Shown one piece after another: positions 31,983-41,721 of a stretch of DNA of 64,000 nucleotides. The position numbers and the translations under genes were made by a program. Every line of letters starts with the position of its first letter. The stretch's first letter is position 1. This stretch comes from an uncultured Actinomycetota bacterium (GTDB lineage Bacteria; Actinomycetota; Actinomycetes; JAHEKZ01): the NCBI GenBank assembly GCA_963829525.1, contig CAWHIJ010000003.1:800001-864000 (forward strand), given 5' to 3'. The notes under the pieces are model-generated. The model did no database searches. It saw nothing but the letters and a program-made list of their open reading frames with translations, and was not told the DNA's origin.

Positions 31983-33119
31983 GTGACTCAATTCGAGACG
32001 ATCGCCCTGCATGCCGGCCAGGAGCCCGATCCGCAGACGGGCGCTGTCGTACCTCCGATCCACCAGGTCTCGACCTTCAAGCAGGACGGCGTCGGGGGCC
32101 TGCGCGGCGGTTACGAGTACAGCCGTTCTGCGAACCCCACCCGTAGCGCGCTGGAGGAGTGCCTCGCAGCAATCGAAGGTGGCGCGCGCGGGCTTGCGTT
32201 CGCCTCTGGCCTCGCGGCCGAAGACACGCTGCTGCGGGCCGTGTGCAAGCCGGGTGACCACGTCGTTATCCCGAACGATGCTTACGGGGGCACCTATCGG
32301 CTGTTCGCGCAGGTCCTCACGCGTTGGGCACTCGAGTACACCCCCGTCCCACTGTCCGACGTTGACGCCGTGCGGGCTGCAGTCCGACCCAACACCACGG
32401 TCATCTGGGTCGAAACACCCACGAACCCGCTGCTCTCCATCGCCGACATCGCGGCGCTGGCGTCGGTTGCCCACGAGGTCGGCGCGCTGCTCGTCGTCGA
32501 CAACACCTTCGCGTCCCCCTACCTGCAGCAGCCGTTGTCGCTCGGCGCCGACGTGGTTGTGCACTCGACGACCAAGTACCTCGGCGGACACTCTGATGTC
32601 GTCGGAGGTGCGCTCATTGCCTCCGACAGTGAGCTCGGTGACCATCTTGCCTACTACCAGAACGCCATGGGTGCGGTGTCTGGCCCGTTCGATGCATGGC
32701 TGGTGTTACGTGGCATCAAGACCCTCGCCGTCCGGATGGACCGACACGGTGAGAACGCTGCTGCCGTCGTCGACATGCTTGTCTCACACCCTCGCGTCCG
32801 TAGCGTGCTGTATCCCGGACTGCCCGAGCACCCTGGTCACGACATCGCCGCCAAGCAGATGCGCGGGTTCGGCGGCATGGTGTCGTTCCAGGTCGACGGG
32901 GGCGAGGACGCGGCCGTGGCGTTGGTGAACCGCACCGAGCTCTTCACCCTGGCTGAGTCACTCGGGGGAGTCGAGTCGCTGATCGAACATCCGGGACGCA
33001 TGACGCACGCCTCAGCAGCTGGCAGCCCTCTTGAGGTGCCAGGTGACCTCATCAGGCTCAGCGTCGGGCTGGAACACTCACACGATCTTGTGGCGGACCT
33101 TCAGCAGGCCTTCGGCTGA
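31983..33119 (+). CDS. metB: Cystathionine gamma-synthase/gamma-lyase
   Basis: YEYSRSANPTR, ETPTNP, VVDNTF, HSTTKYLGGHSD, AESLGGVESL. Confidence 0.93.
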   Translation: MTQFETIALHAGQEPDPQTGAVVPPIHQVSTFKQDGVGGLRGGYEYSRSANPTRSALEECLAAIEGGARGLAFASGLAAEDTLLRAVCKPGDHVVIPNDAYGGTYRLFAQVLTRWALEYTPVPLSDVDAVRAAVRPNTTVIWVETPTNPLLSIADIAALASVAHEVGALLVVDNTFASPYLQQPLSLGADVVVHSTTKYLGGHSDVVGGALIASDSELGDHLAYYQNAMGAVSGPFDAWLVLRGIKTLAVRMDRHGENAAAVVDMLVSHPRVRSVLYPGLPEHPGHDIAAKQMRGFGGMVSFQVDGGEDAAVALVNRTELFTLAESLGGVESLIEHPGRMTHASAAGSPLEVPGDLIRLSVGLEHSHDLVADLQQAFG

Positions 33120-33127
33120 GCTCTGCA

Positions 33128-34483
33128 GTGCCGTCCCTCTATGTCTGCGTCGACTTCGGGTCGACGTTCACGAAAGTCGTAGCGGTCGACGCCGATGGCA
33201 CTTTGGTGGCGACTGGCTCGGCACGCACCACGATCGACAGCGATGTCATGTCTGGCATGGACGACGCCGTTGCCGATGCTGGCATCGAGCTCGGCGACGG
33301 TGTCGAGATGCTGGCGTGCAGTTCGGCTGGCGGCGGGCTGCGGATCGCCGTGATCGGATACGAGCGGGCGATCACCGCTGAAGCGGGCTATCGGGTCGGA
33401 TTGTCGGCCGGCGGTCGGGTTTGCCACGTAACCTCGGGTGAGCTGAGCGCCGCCGACACGACCGAGCTTCGCGACACCGAGCCGGACGTGCTCCTTCTTG
33501 TTGGGGGCACCGACGGCGGCAATGCCGATGTACTCCTGCACAACGCCAGGGCGATCGCACGCGCCGATCTTGCGCTGCCCGTCGTAGTAGCCGGGAACGT
33601 TTCAGCTCGTGACCAGGTTGTGCGTATCTTGCGTCGGGCACGGATTGCGGTGATTGCGGCTGACAACGTGCTTCCCAAGATTGGCGTCCTCGACCCACGA
33701 TCAGCGCGCGAGGCGATCCGTGAGGTATTCATCTCTCACGTCATCGGTGGCAAGCACCTCTCGACCCGTATTGACCTTTCCACCTGGGTTCAGGCTGCGA
33801 CACCGGACGCAGTGCTGTCCGGTGTCGAGCTGCTCGCAGACGGAACGTCAGACGTTGCGGGAGTTGGCGACGTGGTTGTGGTCGACGTCGGCGGGGCGAC
33901 CACCGACGTGTACTCGGTGACGTCGCCAGACCTCGATGACGACCCTGCTGAACGTGAGGCAGTTGCGACGATGTGGCGCAGTCGAACCGTTGAGGGAGAT
34001 CTTGGTGTTCGCTGGAATGCACCCGGGATCGTCCAGGCCGCCCGGCGCGAAGGCTTCATCGACGAAGACCGCGAGACGGCTCTGGCCGACGCTGCGAGGT
34101 TGCGACGAGCCGACCCCGGGTATCTCCCGGCGACGGACGTTGACCGCGCAGTTGATCGAGAGCTTGCGCGCCTGGCTGCTGGCGTGGCGCTTCGTCGGCA
34201 CGCCCGCCCCCATACGGCCGGTGCCGTGCGCTACCCAGGAAAGGACCTCAGCAGGGTTGCGCTGCTGATTGGCTCTGGCGGTGTGCTGCGACACAACCCG
34301 TCGCCGGATGCGCACGCCATCGTCAAATCGGCGGTGTCCGATCCTGCGGGAGGCTGGCGGACCCCTCAGGGCGCCACCTCCTTGGTGGACGAGCACTATG
34401 TCCTGGCAGCTGCTGGCCTGATCAGCCGCACAGACTCTGGGGCCGCGATGGCGCTGATGTGTGGTTCGTTGCTCAATCGTTGA
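33128..34483 (+). CDS. glmL: Glutamate mutase L (GlmL/MutL, ASKHA-fold B12-mutase reactivase-like)
   Basis: DFGSTFTK, CSSAGGGL, VGGTDGG, DVGGATTDVYS, RTVEGDLG, GSGGV. Confidence 0.85.
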   Translation: MPSLYVCVDFGSTFTKVVAVDADGTLVATGSARTTIDSDVMSGMDDAVADAGIELGDGVEMLACSSAGGGLRIAVIGYERAITAEAGYRVGLSAGGRVCHVTSGELSAADTTELRDTEPDVLLLVGGTDGGNADVLLHNARAIARADLALPVVVAGNVSARDQVVRILRRARIAVIAADNVLPKIGVLDPRSAREAIREVFISHVIGGKHLSTRIDLSTWVQAATPDAVLSGVELLADGTSDVAGVGDVVVVDVGGATTDVYSVTSPDLDDDPAEREAVATMWRSRTVEGDLGVRWNAPGIVQAARREGFIDEDRETALADAARLRRADPGYLPATDVDRAVDRELARLAAGVALRRHARPHTAGAVRYPGKDLSRVALLIGSGGVLRHNPSPDAHAIVKSAVSDPAGGWRTPQGATSLVDEHYVLAAAGLISRTDSGAAMALMCGSLLNR

Positions 34484-34529
34484 GTAAGTCGTCGGGGGAA
34501 GTGCACCTCAGCGGGTTTAGGCTGCGCCC

Positions 34530-35903
34530 ATGACCGTGACGGGGGAGCGCACGGAGGCGCTCACCGCAACCAGGATCGCTGAGGGCGTCCGCAGTGGTGC
34601 GCTAGACCCTGAGTTGGTCCTGCATGACACGCTCGCACGGATCGCTCGCCATGACGCGGTGCTTGCTTCCTTCGCGTCGGTGCGTACCGAGGCGGCGGTC
34701 CACGAAGCCCAGGAGCTGAAGAGACGCGTCGCCGCTGGTGAGGAGCGGCTTCCCCTGGCGGGTGTTCCGATTGCCATCAAGGACGTTGTGCCGATCACCG
34801 GTGAGGTGATGCGGGCTGGCTCGCGCGCAACCAGCCGGGTTCCGCAGACAGCTGACCACCCAGTGGTCGCCCGGCTCCGTAAAGCCGGAGCCATTGTTGT
34901 CGGAACCACCGCAACACCGGAGGCTTGCCTCTGGCTCACCACTGACGGTGACCGCATCACCCGAAACCCTTGGCAGTCAGAGCGCTCCGCTAGTGGATCA
35001 TCGGGGGGCAGTGCGGCGGCGCTCGGAGCCGGTCTGGTACTCCTCGCGCACGGCACCGATGGGCTCGGGTCGATCCGACAGCCCGCGGCGGCGTGTGGGG
35101 TTCTGGGCTTGAAGCCGAGCCGGGGGCTCATCCCGACCGACCTTGGTCAAAATGACTGGTACGGACTGGCCGAGAACGGGCCGATGGCCACCACCGTGGC
35201 TGACCTCGCGTTGATGCTCTCGGTGATGTCCGGCCAGCCACTATTGGCCGACGTTGCTCCGCTGCGCCGATCCCTGCGTATCGCTGTCTCTGCCAGACCC
35301 CCGGTACAGGGGGTCCGCACCAACCCTGCGATCACGGCGGCTCTCTTCTCGGCAGCCGGGCTCTTACGCAGGAACGGTCACCATGTCGCGCGCGACCAGC
35401 CGGTATACCCCCAACGGCTAAGCATGGCTGGCACCTTCCGTTGGTTCGCTGCTGCTGCCGACTATGTCGAAGAAGTCACTGACCCTTCGCTGCTCCAAGA
35501 TCGCACTGTTGGTCACGCAAGTGCGGGGCGCCGAGTTCGCCCGTTGGTCCGTGGTGAACAGCTCACCGACTGGCGTGACCGGGCTGACGCGTTCTTCGAT
35601 TCCTACGACCTCATGCTGACCCCGGTCACCGCCACCCATCCGCTCCGCGCTGACCGTTGGAGCGAACGTGCGTGGGCTGCCAACGTACGCTCCAACGTTG
35701 CGGCGAGTGGTGGTTTCGCTGGTATGTGGAACGTGGCCGGCTTTCCAGCACTCACTCTCCCGTTCGGCATCGACACCGTGACCGGCACACCGATCGGTCT
35801 GCAGCTGGCTGCCAGACACGGAGAAGAGCATCTACTGCTGTCCGTGGCGGCCCGCATGGAGGCGTGGCGCCCCTGGCCGACGACTGCTCCAGGATGGGCG
35901 TGA
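34530..35903 (+). CDS. Amidase signature family protein
   Basis: GVPIAIKD, SGSSGGSAAA, GTDGLGSIR. Confidence 0.92.
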   Translation: MTVTGERTEALTATRIAEGVRSGALDPELVLHDTLARIARHDAVLASFASVRTEAAVHEAQELKRRVAAGEERLPLAGVPIAIKDVVPITGEVMRAGSRATSRVPQTADHPVVARLRKAGAIVVGTTATPEACLWLTTDGDRITRNPWQSERSASGSSGGSAAALGAGLVLLAHGTDGLGSIRQPAAACGVLGLKPSRGLIPTDLGQNDWYGLAENGPMATTVADLALMLSVMSGQPLLADVAPLRRSLRIAVSARPPVQGVRTNPAITAALFSAAGLLRRNGHHVARDQPVYPQRLSMAGTFRWFAAAADYVEEVTDPSLLQDRTVGHASAGRRVRPLVRGEQLTDWRDRADAFFDSYDLMLTPVTATHPLRADRWSERAWAANVRSNVAASGGFAGMWNVAGFPALTLPFGIDTVTGTPIGLQLAARHGEEHLLLSVAARMEAWRPWPTTAPGWA

Positions 35904-37130
35904 CTAAAGCGGTGTGGCCTTCTTGTGCAAGGTTTCTGGCATCGCCAACGCAGTGAATGTCCCAGCCAAGCAGACGGCCGCAGTAGCAGCGAACGCCCAC
36001 GAGAAGGAGAACGTGTCGACCAGTAGTCCGGCGATCAACGGCCCCGCAAATGCCCCCAGGTCGGAGGACATCTGGTAGACCGCAATCGCGGGTCCGCCCC
36101 GCCCATGCACCACGTCGCCGACGACGGCGGTACTGCTGGTACCGATCAAGGCTGAGCCGAACCCGAACAGAACCATGGCTGCGATGTAGGGCGGAATCGA
36201 GTCGAAACCGGCGAGCAGCACAAAGGCGAGGGCTACGACAACCGATCCAATGATCATTGAAGGGCGTCGTCCACGCATGTCAGAGGAGCGCCCGGCTGGA
36301 ATCAGCAGCGCTCCTTGTGCCAGCGCTGAGACAAAGATCCCGATACTCACCCAGGACTCTGAGAGCAGCATGGCCTCGGTGACGAACAGGGGCAGCACCG
36401 ATCCGCGGATTCCGAACAGCGACCAGCCCGTCGCGAGGTTGTTGGTGACGGCAGCCCAGTAAGCGCGTTGCCGGATGGCCACCGAAAGCGGTGTGGGTGC
36501 TATGTCCGTACCCGCCTCCTCCTCCCGCACCTGCAACTTGCTCTGTGCGAGGAAGATCAGTCCGATCGAACCGGCGATCAGCAGAGTTGCCGCGTAGACG
36601 AAGAAGGGCAATCGGATCGAGATGGCTACCAGCGGCACCCCGAAGAGCGGGCCGGTGACGCCTCCGATCAAGAAGCCTCCCTGAAAGGCCAAGGCGGCGC
36701 GTCCACGCTGCTCAGGCAGGACGACGCGCAGCAGCAGCGCGTAGGCGGCGACGGTGAACATGGCCGAGCCCACACCTCCAGCTCCGCGCAGGACAAGAAG
36801 CTGCCAATACGTCTGCGAGAGGCCAGCCAGTGCGCTCGAGATGCCGACGATGAAGATTCCAGTGCCGAGGATCAGTCGCTCACCGGTGCGGTCGACCAGC
36901 CATCCAGCCAGCGGAGATGTAGCGAACCGCGTCAGCGCGAAGATGGAGACGACCGCAGCTGCTGCCGTCGTCGTCACTCCGAACTCCTTGGCGAACGGCG
37001 CGATGACGGGAAAGACGATCCCGAAGCCGACGGCTACGGCGAACGCGACTGAGGTGAGGACTGCGACCTCGCGGGGGAGGCCCCGGAAGGTGGACGCTAC
37101 CCATTCCTGGGGTCGGTCGATGAGACTCAC
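35904..37130 (-). CDS. MFS transporter
   Basis: About 12 TM; GWLVDRTGER and GRSSDMRGRR loop motifs. Confidence 0.9.
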   Translation of the reverse strand: MSLIDRPQEWVASTFRGLPREVAVLTSVAFAVAVGFGIVFPVIAPFAKEFGVTTTAAAAVVSIFALTRFATSPLAGWLVDRTGERLILGTGIFIVGISSALAGLSQTYWQLLVLRGAGGVGSAMFTVAAYALLLRVVLPEQRGRAALAFQGGFLIGGVTGPLFGVPLVAISIRLPFFVYAATLLIAGSIGLIFLAQSKLQVREEEAGTDIAPTPLSVAIRQRAYWAAVTNNLATGWSLFGIRGSVLPLFVTEAMLLSESWVSIGIFVSALAQGALLIPAGRSSDMRGRRPSMIIGSVVVALAFVLLAGFDSIPPYIAAMVLFGFGSALIGTSSTAVVGDVVHGRGGPAIAVYQMSSDLGAFAGPLIAGLLVDTFSFSWAFAATAAVCLAGTFTALAMPETLHKKATPL

Positions 37131-37207
37131 GGGCTCGATCCAACCACCCGCCTAGGCCTGCCGGAGCCTGGGCCGGATGGGTGGCCGGTGGGGTGGGGTG
37201 CTGCGGT

Positions 37208-38418
37208 GCCCGAGCTGATCGGCCACGATGGAGTGGTGATCTCCTGTGGCTCCGGCGTCGCCGTAGGGTTCGACCTCTCCCGCACAGCGGCGATCGCCGC
37301 TTCCCGGGCCATGGCCGAGCTCTCGGGGCCGCCCGCGTTCGCGTGCATCTTCGTGCGCGCAGCGAATCCCGACGACGTCACCGCGGCGATGGTTGCAGCT
37401 CAGCGCACGATCGGTGCCCCCCACAGCATCGGTTGTTCGTCGTCGCATGGAGTGATCGGTGGGGGTCACGGCATCGAGGACGTCTCGGCGGTCAGCGTCT
37501 TCGTCGCCTCGGGCGCAGAGCTCTTCGTCCGATCCTTTCACTTGGAGGTCATGCCGACTTCGGACTCCATCGCGGTCGTCGGTGTTCCTCAGATCGAACC
37601 CGACGACCAGGTGGCCGTGATCCTGGCCGACGCCTACTCGTTCCCGGCCGAAGGCTTCGTCGAGGAGTCGACTCAGTCGCTTGGAGGGCTACCGGTTGCC
37701 GGGGGGCTCGCGGTGGGGGGTCAGGGGTCTGGTTCTACCCGATTGCTGATTGACGGCCGCGTGGTCGATAGGGGTGCAGTCGGACTTGTCCTTGGTGGGA
37801 CCGCCTCGATAGCAGCGGTCGTGAGCCAGGGGTGTCGCCCGGTGGGGAACCCCATGACGGTGACCCGTTGTGAAGGCAATGTCGTCCTTGAGCTGGCGGG
37901 GCGGCCGGCGCTGCAGAGGCTGGAGGATCTGCTGCTCACCCTTTCGCCAGAGGATCAGGCGGTCGCTGGTACCGGACTTCAGATCGGAGTGGTTCACGAT
38001 GAGTACGCCGACCAGCACGAGCAAGGGGACTTTCTCATCCGGTCTCTCGTGCGGGTGGATTCCGAACGTCGGGCGCTGGTGATCGCCGACGACGTTCAGG
38101 TCGGCCAGACAGTGAGCTTTCAGTTGCGCGACGCCGAGGCGGCCAGTGACGATCTGCAGCGGATGCTGGCGCAATGGGGCAAGTCGACGGCTCCAGGACG
38201 GCCCGGTTGGTGCGCTGCTCTTCTCGTGCAGCGGGCGAGGCGAACGCTTCTTCACCACGAGCGACCACGATGCTCTCACGGTGAGAGACGAGCTTGGCGG
38301 CGCTGAGGTAGCTGGCTACTTCGCGGCCGGCGAGATCGGCCCGGTAGCCGGCCGTAACCACCTCCACGGATTCTCGGCCTCCGTGGTGGTCTTCGCCACC
38401 AGTTCTCGCATCGCGTGA
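37208..38418 (+). CDS. FIST signal-transduction domain protein; apparent frameshift near 38160-38195
   Basis: [23 protein letters not shown]; next frame [11 protein letters not shown]...[18 protein letters not shown]. Confidence 0.85.
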
Positions 38419-38422
38419 GTTG

Positions 38423-38452
38423 GCTGGGGGTACGACCCCAGTGAGCTAACAC
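38423..38452. repeat. Hairpin repeat copy 1 (upstream of the AbiEi/DUF559-like gene)
   Basis: GCTGGGGGTACGACCCCAGTGAGCTAACAC; 23/30 identical to 39496-39525 by manual alignment. Confidence 0.7.
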
Positions 38453-38496
38453 GCTGTCGTCCACAGGGGGGCGCAAGTCGCACACTCCTTTGTGAG

Positions 38497-39489
38497 ATGG
38501 GCGACGGTTGCGCAATGGCAGTCGAGGCAACCCGTGGAGCGCTGCTGCTGCGTCGGTTGCGCGAGTTCGCGGCGCCCCGGGGCGGTGTCTTCACGACGCG
38601 GCAGGCATCTGAGCTCGGTGTCGGTTACGAGGTCATCCGGAGTCAGATTGCTGCGGGTCGATGGACGCGGCTGCATGAGGGTGTCTATCTCATGGGGAAC
38701 ATGCGCCCAGGAGAGACACCCACCCGGTGGTCGGCATTGCTGGCGAGCGGCGATGGCGCCGTGCTGAGCCACCGAACTGCGGCCGAGATCTACGGTATCC
38801 GACATAGGGCACCGGGCTCGCAGGTCCATGTCTCCATTCCGGCGACGCGAGTCGAGGTGCCGGTTCCAGGTGCTCGGGTGCGGCGGAGCCGTCTTCTGCC
38901 GGGCAAAAGCACGACATACAGAGGGTGGCCGATCACCACGGCCGCAGACACAGTTCTTGACCTCATCGCCGAGCTGCGATCACCCCACGACGTCGTCGCC
39001 CTGCTTACCGACGCATGCCGCAGCAAGGCTGTCACCGCTGAGGAGATTCTGAAAGCAATGGGACGGCGCAAGCGACAGCGCCACCGGCAATTGGTTAAGG
39101 ACGTCCTCGCCGATGTCGTTGGCGGTTTGGAGAGCCTGCTCGAGCACAAGTACCTCGTTCGCGTCGAGCGGCCACACGGGCTGCCCTATGGACGGCGTCA
39201 GGTGAAGGCGGAAGCGCACGGGGTGCCTATCCGCGAGGACGTCGAGTACGACGAGTTCGAGACGGTCGTCGAGCTCGACGGACGTTTGGGGCACGAAGGC
39301 TCAGGACGCCACCGGGACCGCCGGCGGGACAACGCCAGCACCGTCGGCAAGAAGGCGACCCTTCGTTACGGACACGCCGACCTAGAGGAGCCTTGCCATG
39401 CGGCAATGGAGGTGGCGACGGTGCTGACTCATCATGGGTGGACTGGTCAGATCAAGCGGTGCGGCTCCCGCTGCCGAGCAACATCGTGA
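38497..39489 (+). CDS. AbiEi-type wHTH + DUF559/Vsr-like PD-(D/E)xK nuclease domain protein
   Basis: GVFTTRQA...GRWTRLHEGVY, LSHRTAA, TTAADTVLDL, ESLLE, D..Y....VVELDGRLGH...RDRRRDN...LRY. Confidence 0.82.
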   Translation: MGDGCAMAVEATRGALLLRRLREFAAPRGGVFTTRQASELGVGYEVIRSQIAAGRWTRLHEGVYLMGNMRPGETPTRWSALLASGDGAVLSHRTAAEIYGIRHRAPGSQVHVSIPATRVEVPVPGARVRRSRLLPGKSTTYRGWPITTAADTVLDLIAELRSPHDVVALLTDACRSKAVTAEEILKAMGRRKRQRHRQLVKDVLADVVGGLESLLEHKYLVRVERPHGLPYGRRQVKAEAHGVPIREDVEYDEFETVVELDGRLGHEGSGRHRDRRRDNASTVGKKATLRYGHADLEEPCHAAMEVATVLTHHGWTGQIKRCGSRCRATS

Positions 39490-39495
39490 AAGCCT

Positions 39496-39525
39496 GCTGG
39501 GGGTATAGCCCCACCGAACTCACAC
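39496..39525. repeat. Hairpin repeat copy 2 (downstream of the AbiEi/DUF559-like gene)
   Basis: GCTGGGGGTATAGCCCCACCGAACTCACAC, same orientation as copy 1. Confidence 0.7.
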
Positions 39526-39544
39526 TTTGGCGAGGGTGGGCGGC

Positions 39545-40036
39545 TTAGCTCGGGCCGAAGGGGGCCGAGGAGTCAACGCGCACGGTCAGTGCTTTGCCGT
39601 TGGGCAGTCGATAGCTGATCTCGGTCCCGATCGCCTGCCCATGGACGGCCCCACCCAAGGGCGACTGGGGTGAGTAGACATCGATTTCGTGGTGGCCCGC
39701 CTGTTCACGCGACCCCAACAGAAAGGTCTCCTTCTCGCCGTCAAGTGTCCCGCCGACGAAGGTCACCGCGACCTCATGTCCAACCTGGACAGTGCCGTCC
39801 TCGGCGGAGGGTGCACCGACCTGGGCACTCTCGAGCAGGTGGCGCAGCTGCTTGATGCGAGCTTCAAGCTTGCCTTGCTCCTCGCGGGCGGCGTGGTAGC
39901 CACCATTTTCCTTGAGGTCACCCTCTTCTCGCGCCGACGCGATCTTCTGGACAACCTCGGCTCGCCTGGTGGTGGTGAGCTCTTCGTACTCGACATTCAG
40001 CCGGTCATAGGCGTCCTGGGAGAGCCAGGTGGTCAT
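39545..40036 (-). CDS. greA: Transcription elongation factor GreA
   Basis: AREEGDLKENGGYHAAREEQ, YSPQSPLG. Confidence 0.96.
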   Translation of the reverse strand: MTTWLSQDAYDRLNVEYEELTTTRRAEVVQKIASAREEGDLKENGGYHAAREEQGKLEARIKQLRHLLESAQVGAPSAEDGTVQVGHEVAVTFVGGTLDGEKETFLLGSREQAGHHEIDVYSPQSPLGGAVHGQAIGTEISYRLPNGKALTVRVDSSAPFGPS

Positions 40037-40094
40037 GCAGTGCTCCTTCGGCGGATCGGTTCGTGAGGCGGGTTTGCCCTCGGCGGTGCCATGG

Positions 40095-40544
40095 TCAACC
40101 GACGGGCCGGCAACTGTCCACGAAGGCGCTGCTGGGCCGGGCCGTCACCGGTAAAGCGTAGACGACGTGGGTGTCGGCGTTATCGCTCGTGACGGGTGCC
40201 TCAGCGCGTCCGACTTCAAGGCCGCGGCGGTCGAGTGCGCGAACGGTGCAGAGGACTTCTGAGCCGGGAGGGAGGAAGACGTCGAACTCGACGATGACCG
40301 AGGTGTCGGTGACGTCGCGGAAGCCGGTCGTACTCCAAGTCAGATTCTGGTCGGCCTGGACAAGTCCGGCCCACACCACCCAGCCGACGAAGGGGAGTAC
40401 CACCAGACCTAGGACCAGCCCCATGGTCAGCCGTGAGCGACTGGTGCCGTAGCGCTCCTGGAGATGGTCGAGGTCGACGTCCGGAGAGAGTGCAACGCCA
40501 CGCAGGTGTCGGGGGAGGCGGGGATCGTTGCCAGGACCAGTCAC
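40095..40544 (-). CDS. DUF4307 family membrane protein
   Basis: ERYG + TM + CTVRALD...EVGR; conserved slot between greA and mca. Confidence 0.8.
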   Translation of the reverse strand: MTGPGNDPRLPRHLRGVALSPDVDLDHLQERYGTSRSRLTMGLVLGLVVLPFVGWVVWAGLVQADQNLTWSTTGFRDVTDTSVIVEFDVFLPPGSEVLCTVRALDRRGLEVGRAEAPVTSDNADTHVVYALPVTARPSSAFVDSCRPVG

Positions 40545-40577
40545 GCCTCCATTGTCCGGCTCTCCTATCCTGTGCCG

Positions 40578-41471
40578 GTGCCACCCTCCCCAGATGCCGC
40601 GGCAGGACTGCGGCTCATGGCCGTCCACGCGCACCCCGATGACGAGTCGAGCAAGGGAGCGGCCAGCACGGCCCGCTACGTGGCTGAGGGTGTGTCGGTG
40701 ATGGTGGTGACGTGTACCGGTGGCGAAAGGGGAGATGTGCTGAACCCCAAGCTGGTCGATGACCCAGAGATCGCTGCCAACCTTGTCGCGATCCGTCGCG
40801 CGGAGATGAATCGGGCGCGGGAGATCCTCGGCGTCGAACAGGAGTGGCTGGGCTTCGTCGACTCCGGGTATCTCGAGGACTATCGAGTCGAGGATCGCGA
40901 TCAGCTGCCCGAAGGGTGCTTTGCGCGTGTCCCGCTATCGGAGGCGGCACTCCCCTTGGTGTCGTTGATCAGAGCATTCCGGCCGCACGTGGTCACGACC
41001 TACGATGAGAACGGCGGGTACCCGCATCCTGACCACATCATGTGCCACGAGGTGTCAGTCGCTGCATTCGATGCAGCGGCCGACGGGTCGGCGTACCCCG
41101 AGCAGGGTGAGCCGTGGCAAGCGCTGAAGCTCTACTATCACCACGGGTTCCACAAGGAGCGGTTCGAGGCGTTGCATGCTGGGATGCTTGATGCCGGGCT
41201 GGACTCACCGTTTGGTACGTGGCTCGAGGAGTGGGTTGACCGCCCTGAGGACGAGGGGCGGATCACGACGCGGGTGCCCTGCGCCGAGTTCTTTCCTGTG
41301 CGCGATGACGCCCTACGAGCCCACGCCACTCAGATCGACGATGAGGGCTGGTGGTTCGGGGTTCCTCTGGAGGTCCAGCAGGCTGTGTGGCCGACGGAGG
41401 AGTACGAGCTGGCGCGATGCCTGGTCGACAGCCCTCTGCCAGAGGACGACCTCTTCGCTGGGATCTGTTGA
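40578..41471 (+). CDS. mca: Mycothiol S-conjugate amidase
   Basis: LRLMAVHAHPDDESSKG, TYDENGGYPHPDH, EDDLFAGI. Confidence 0.95.
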   Translation: MPPSPDAAAGLRLMAVHAHPDDESSKGAASTARYVAEGVSVMVVTCTGGERGDVLNPKLVDDPEIAANLVAIRRAEMNRAREILGVEQEWLGFVDSGYLEDYRVEDRDQLPEGCFARVPLSEAALPLVSLIRAFRPHVVTTYDENGGYPHPDHIMCHEVSVAAFDAAADGSAYPEQGEPWQALKLYYHHGFHKERFEALHAGMLDAGLDSPFGTWLEEWVDRPEDEGRITTRVPCAEFFPVRDDALRAHATQIDDEGWWFGVPLEVQQAVWPTEEYELARCLVDSPLPEDDLFAGIC

Positions 41472-41490
41472 CCTCAGGCACAATGGCGCC

Positions 41491-41721
41491 ATGATGACCG
41501 CCGTAGCTTCCGAGATTGCAGGACTGCCCCTTTTGATTCAGCGGTTCGAGGAGGCCGACACGCGCGAGATTGGTCCGGGGCTCATCGCTTTCACGATTGT
41601 CGTGCTGCTTGGGGTCGCAACCTTTTTCTTGCTGCGATCGATGATTCATCACATCGGCAAGGTGCCACCGACGTTCGACGAAGACGTGCCCGATGACTCA
41701 TCAGATCGGGATGTCGGCTAG
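41491..41721 (+). CDS. Small membrane protein
   Basis: GPGLIAFTIVVLLGVATFFLLRSM; follows mca. Confidence 0.75.
   Translation: MMTAVASEIAGLPLLIQRFEEADTREIGPGLIAFTIVVLLGVATFFLLRSMIHHIGKVPPTFDEDVPDDSSDRDVG

Noticed and set aside
30792-32645. 617-aa antisense ORF across MCP/metB (likewise 5244-6395, 15815-16795, 44462-45688, 47939-48934, 53975-55093)
   Set aside because: Shadow ORFs opposite well-conserved genes, expected in high-GC DNA; no recognisable motifs.
38146-38306. Programmed ribosomal frameshifting in FIST, USP or PerM-like genes
   Set aside because: No slippery heptamer or stimulatory structure seen; assembly indels are the simpler explanation.
38497-39489. Complete type IV toxin-antitoxin / AbiE defence system
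   Set aside because: No AbiEii nucleotidyltransferase partner adjacent; the neighbours are FIST and greA.
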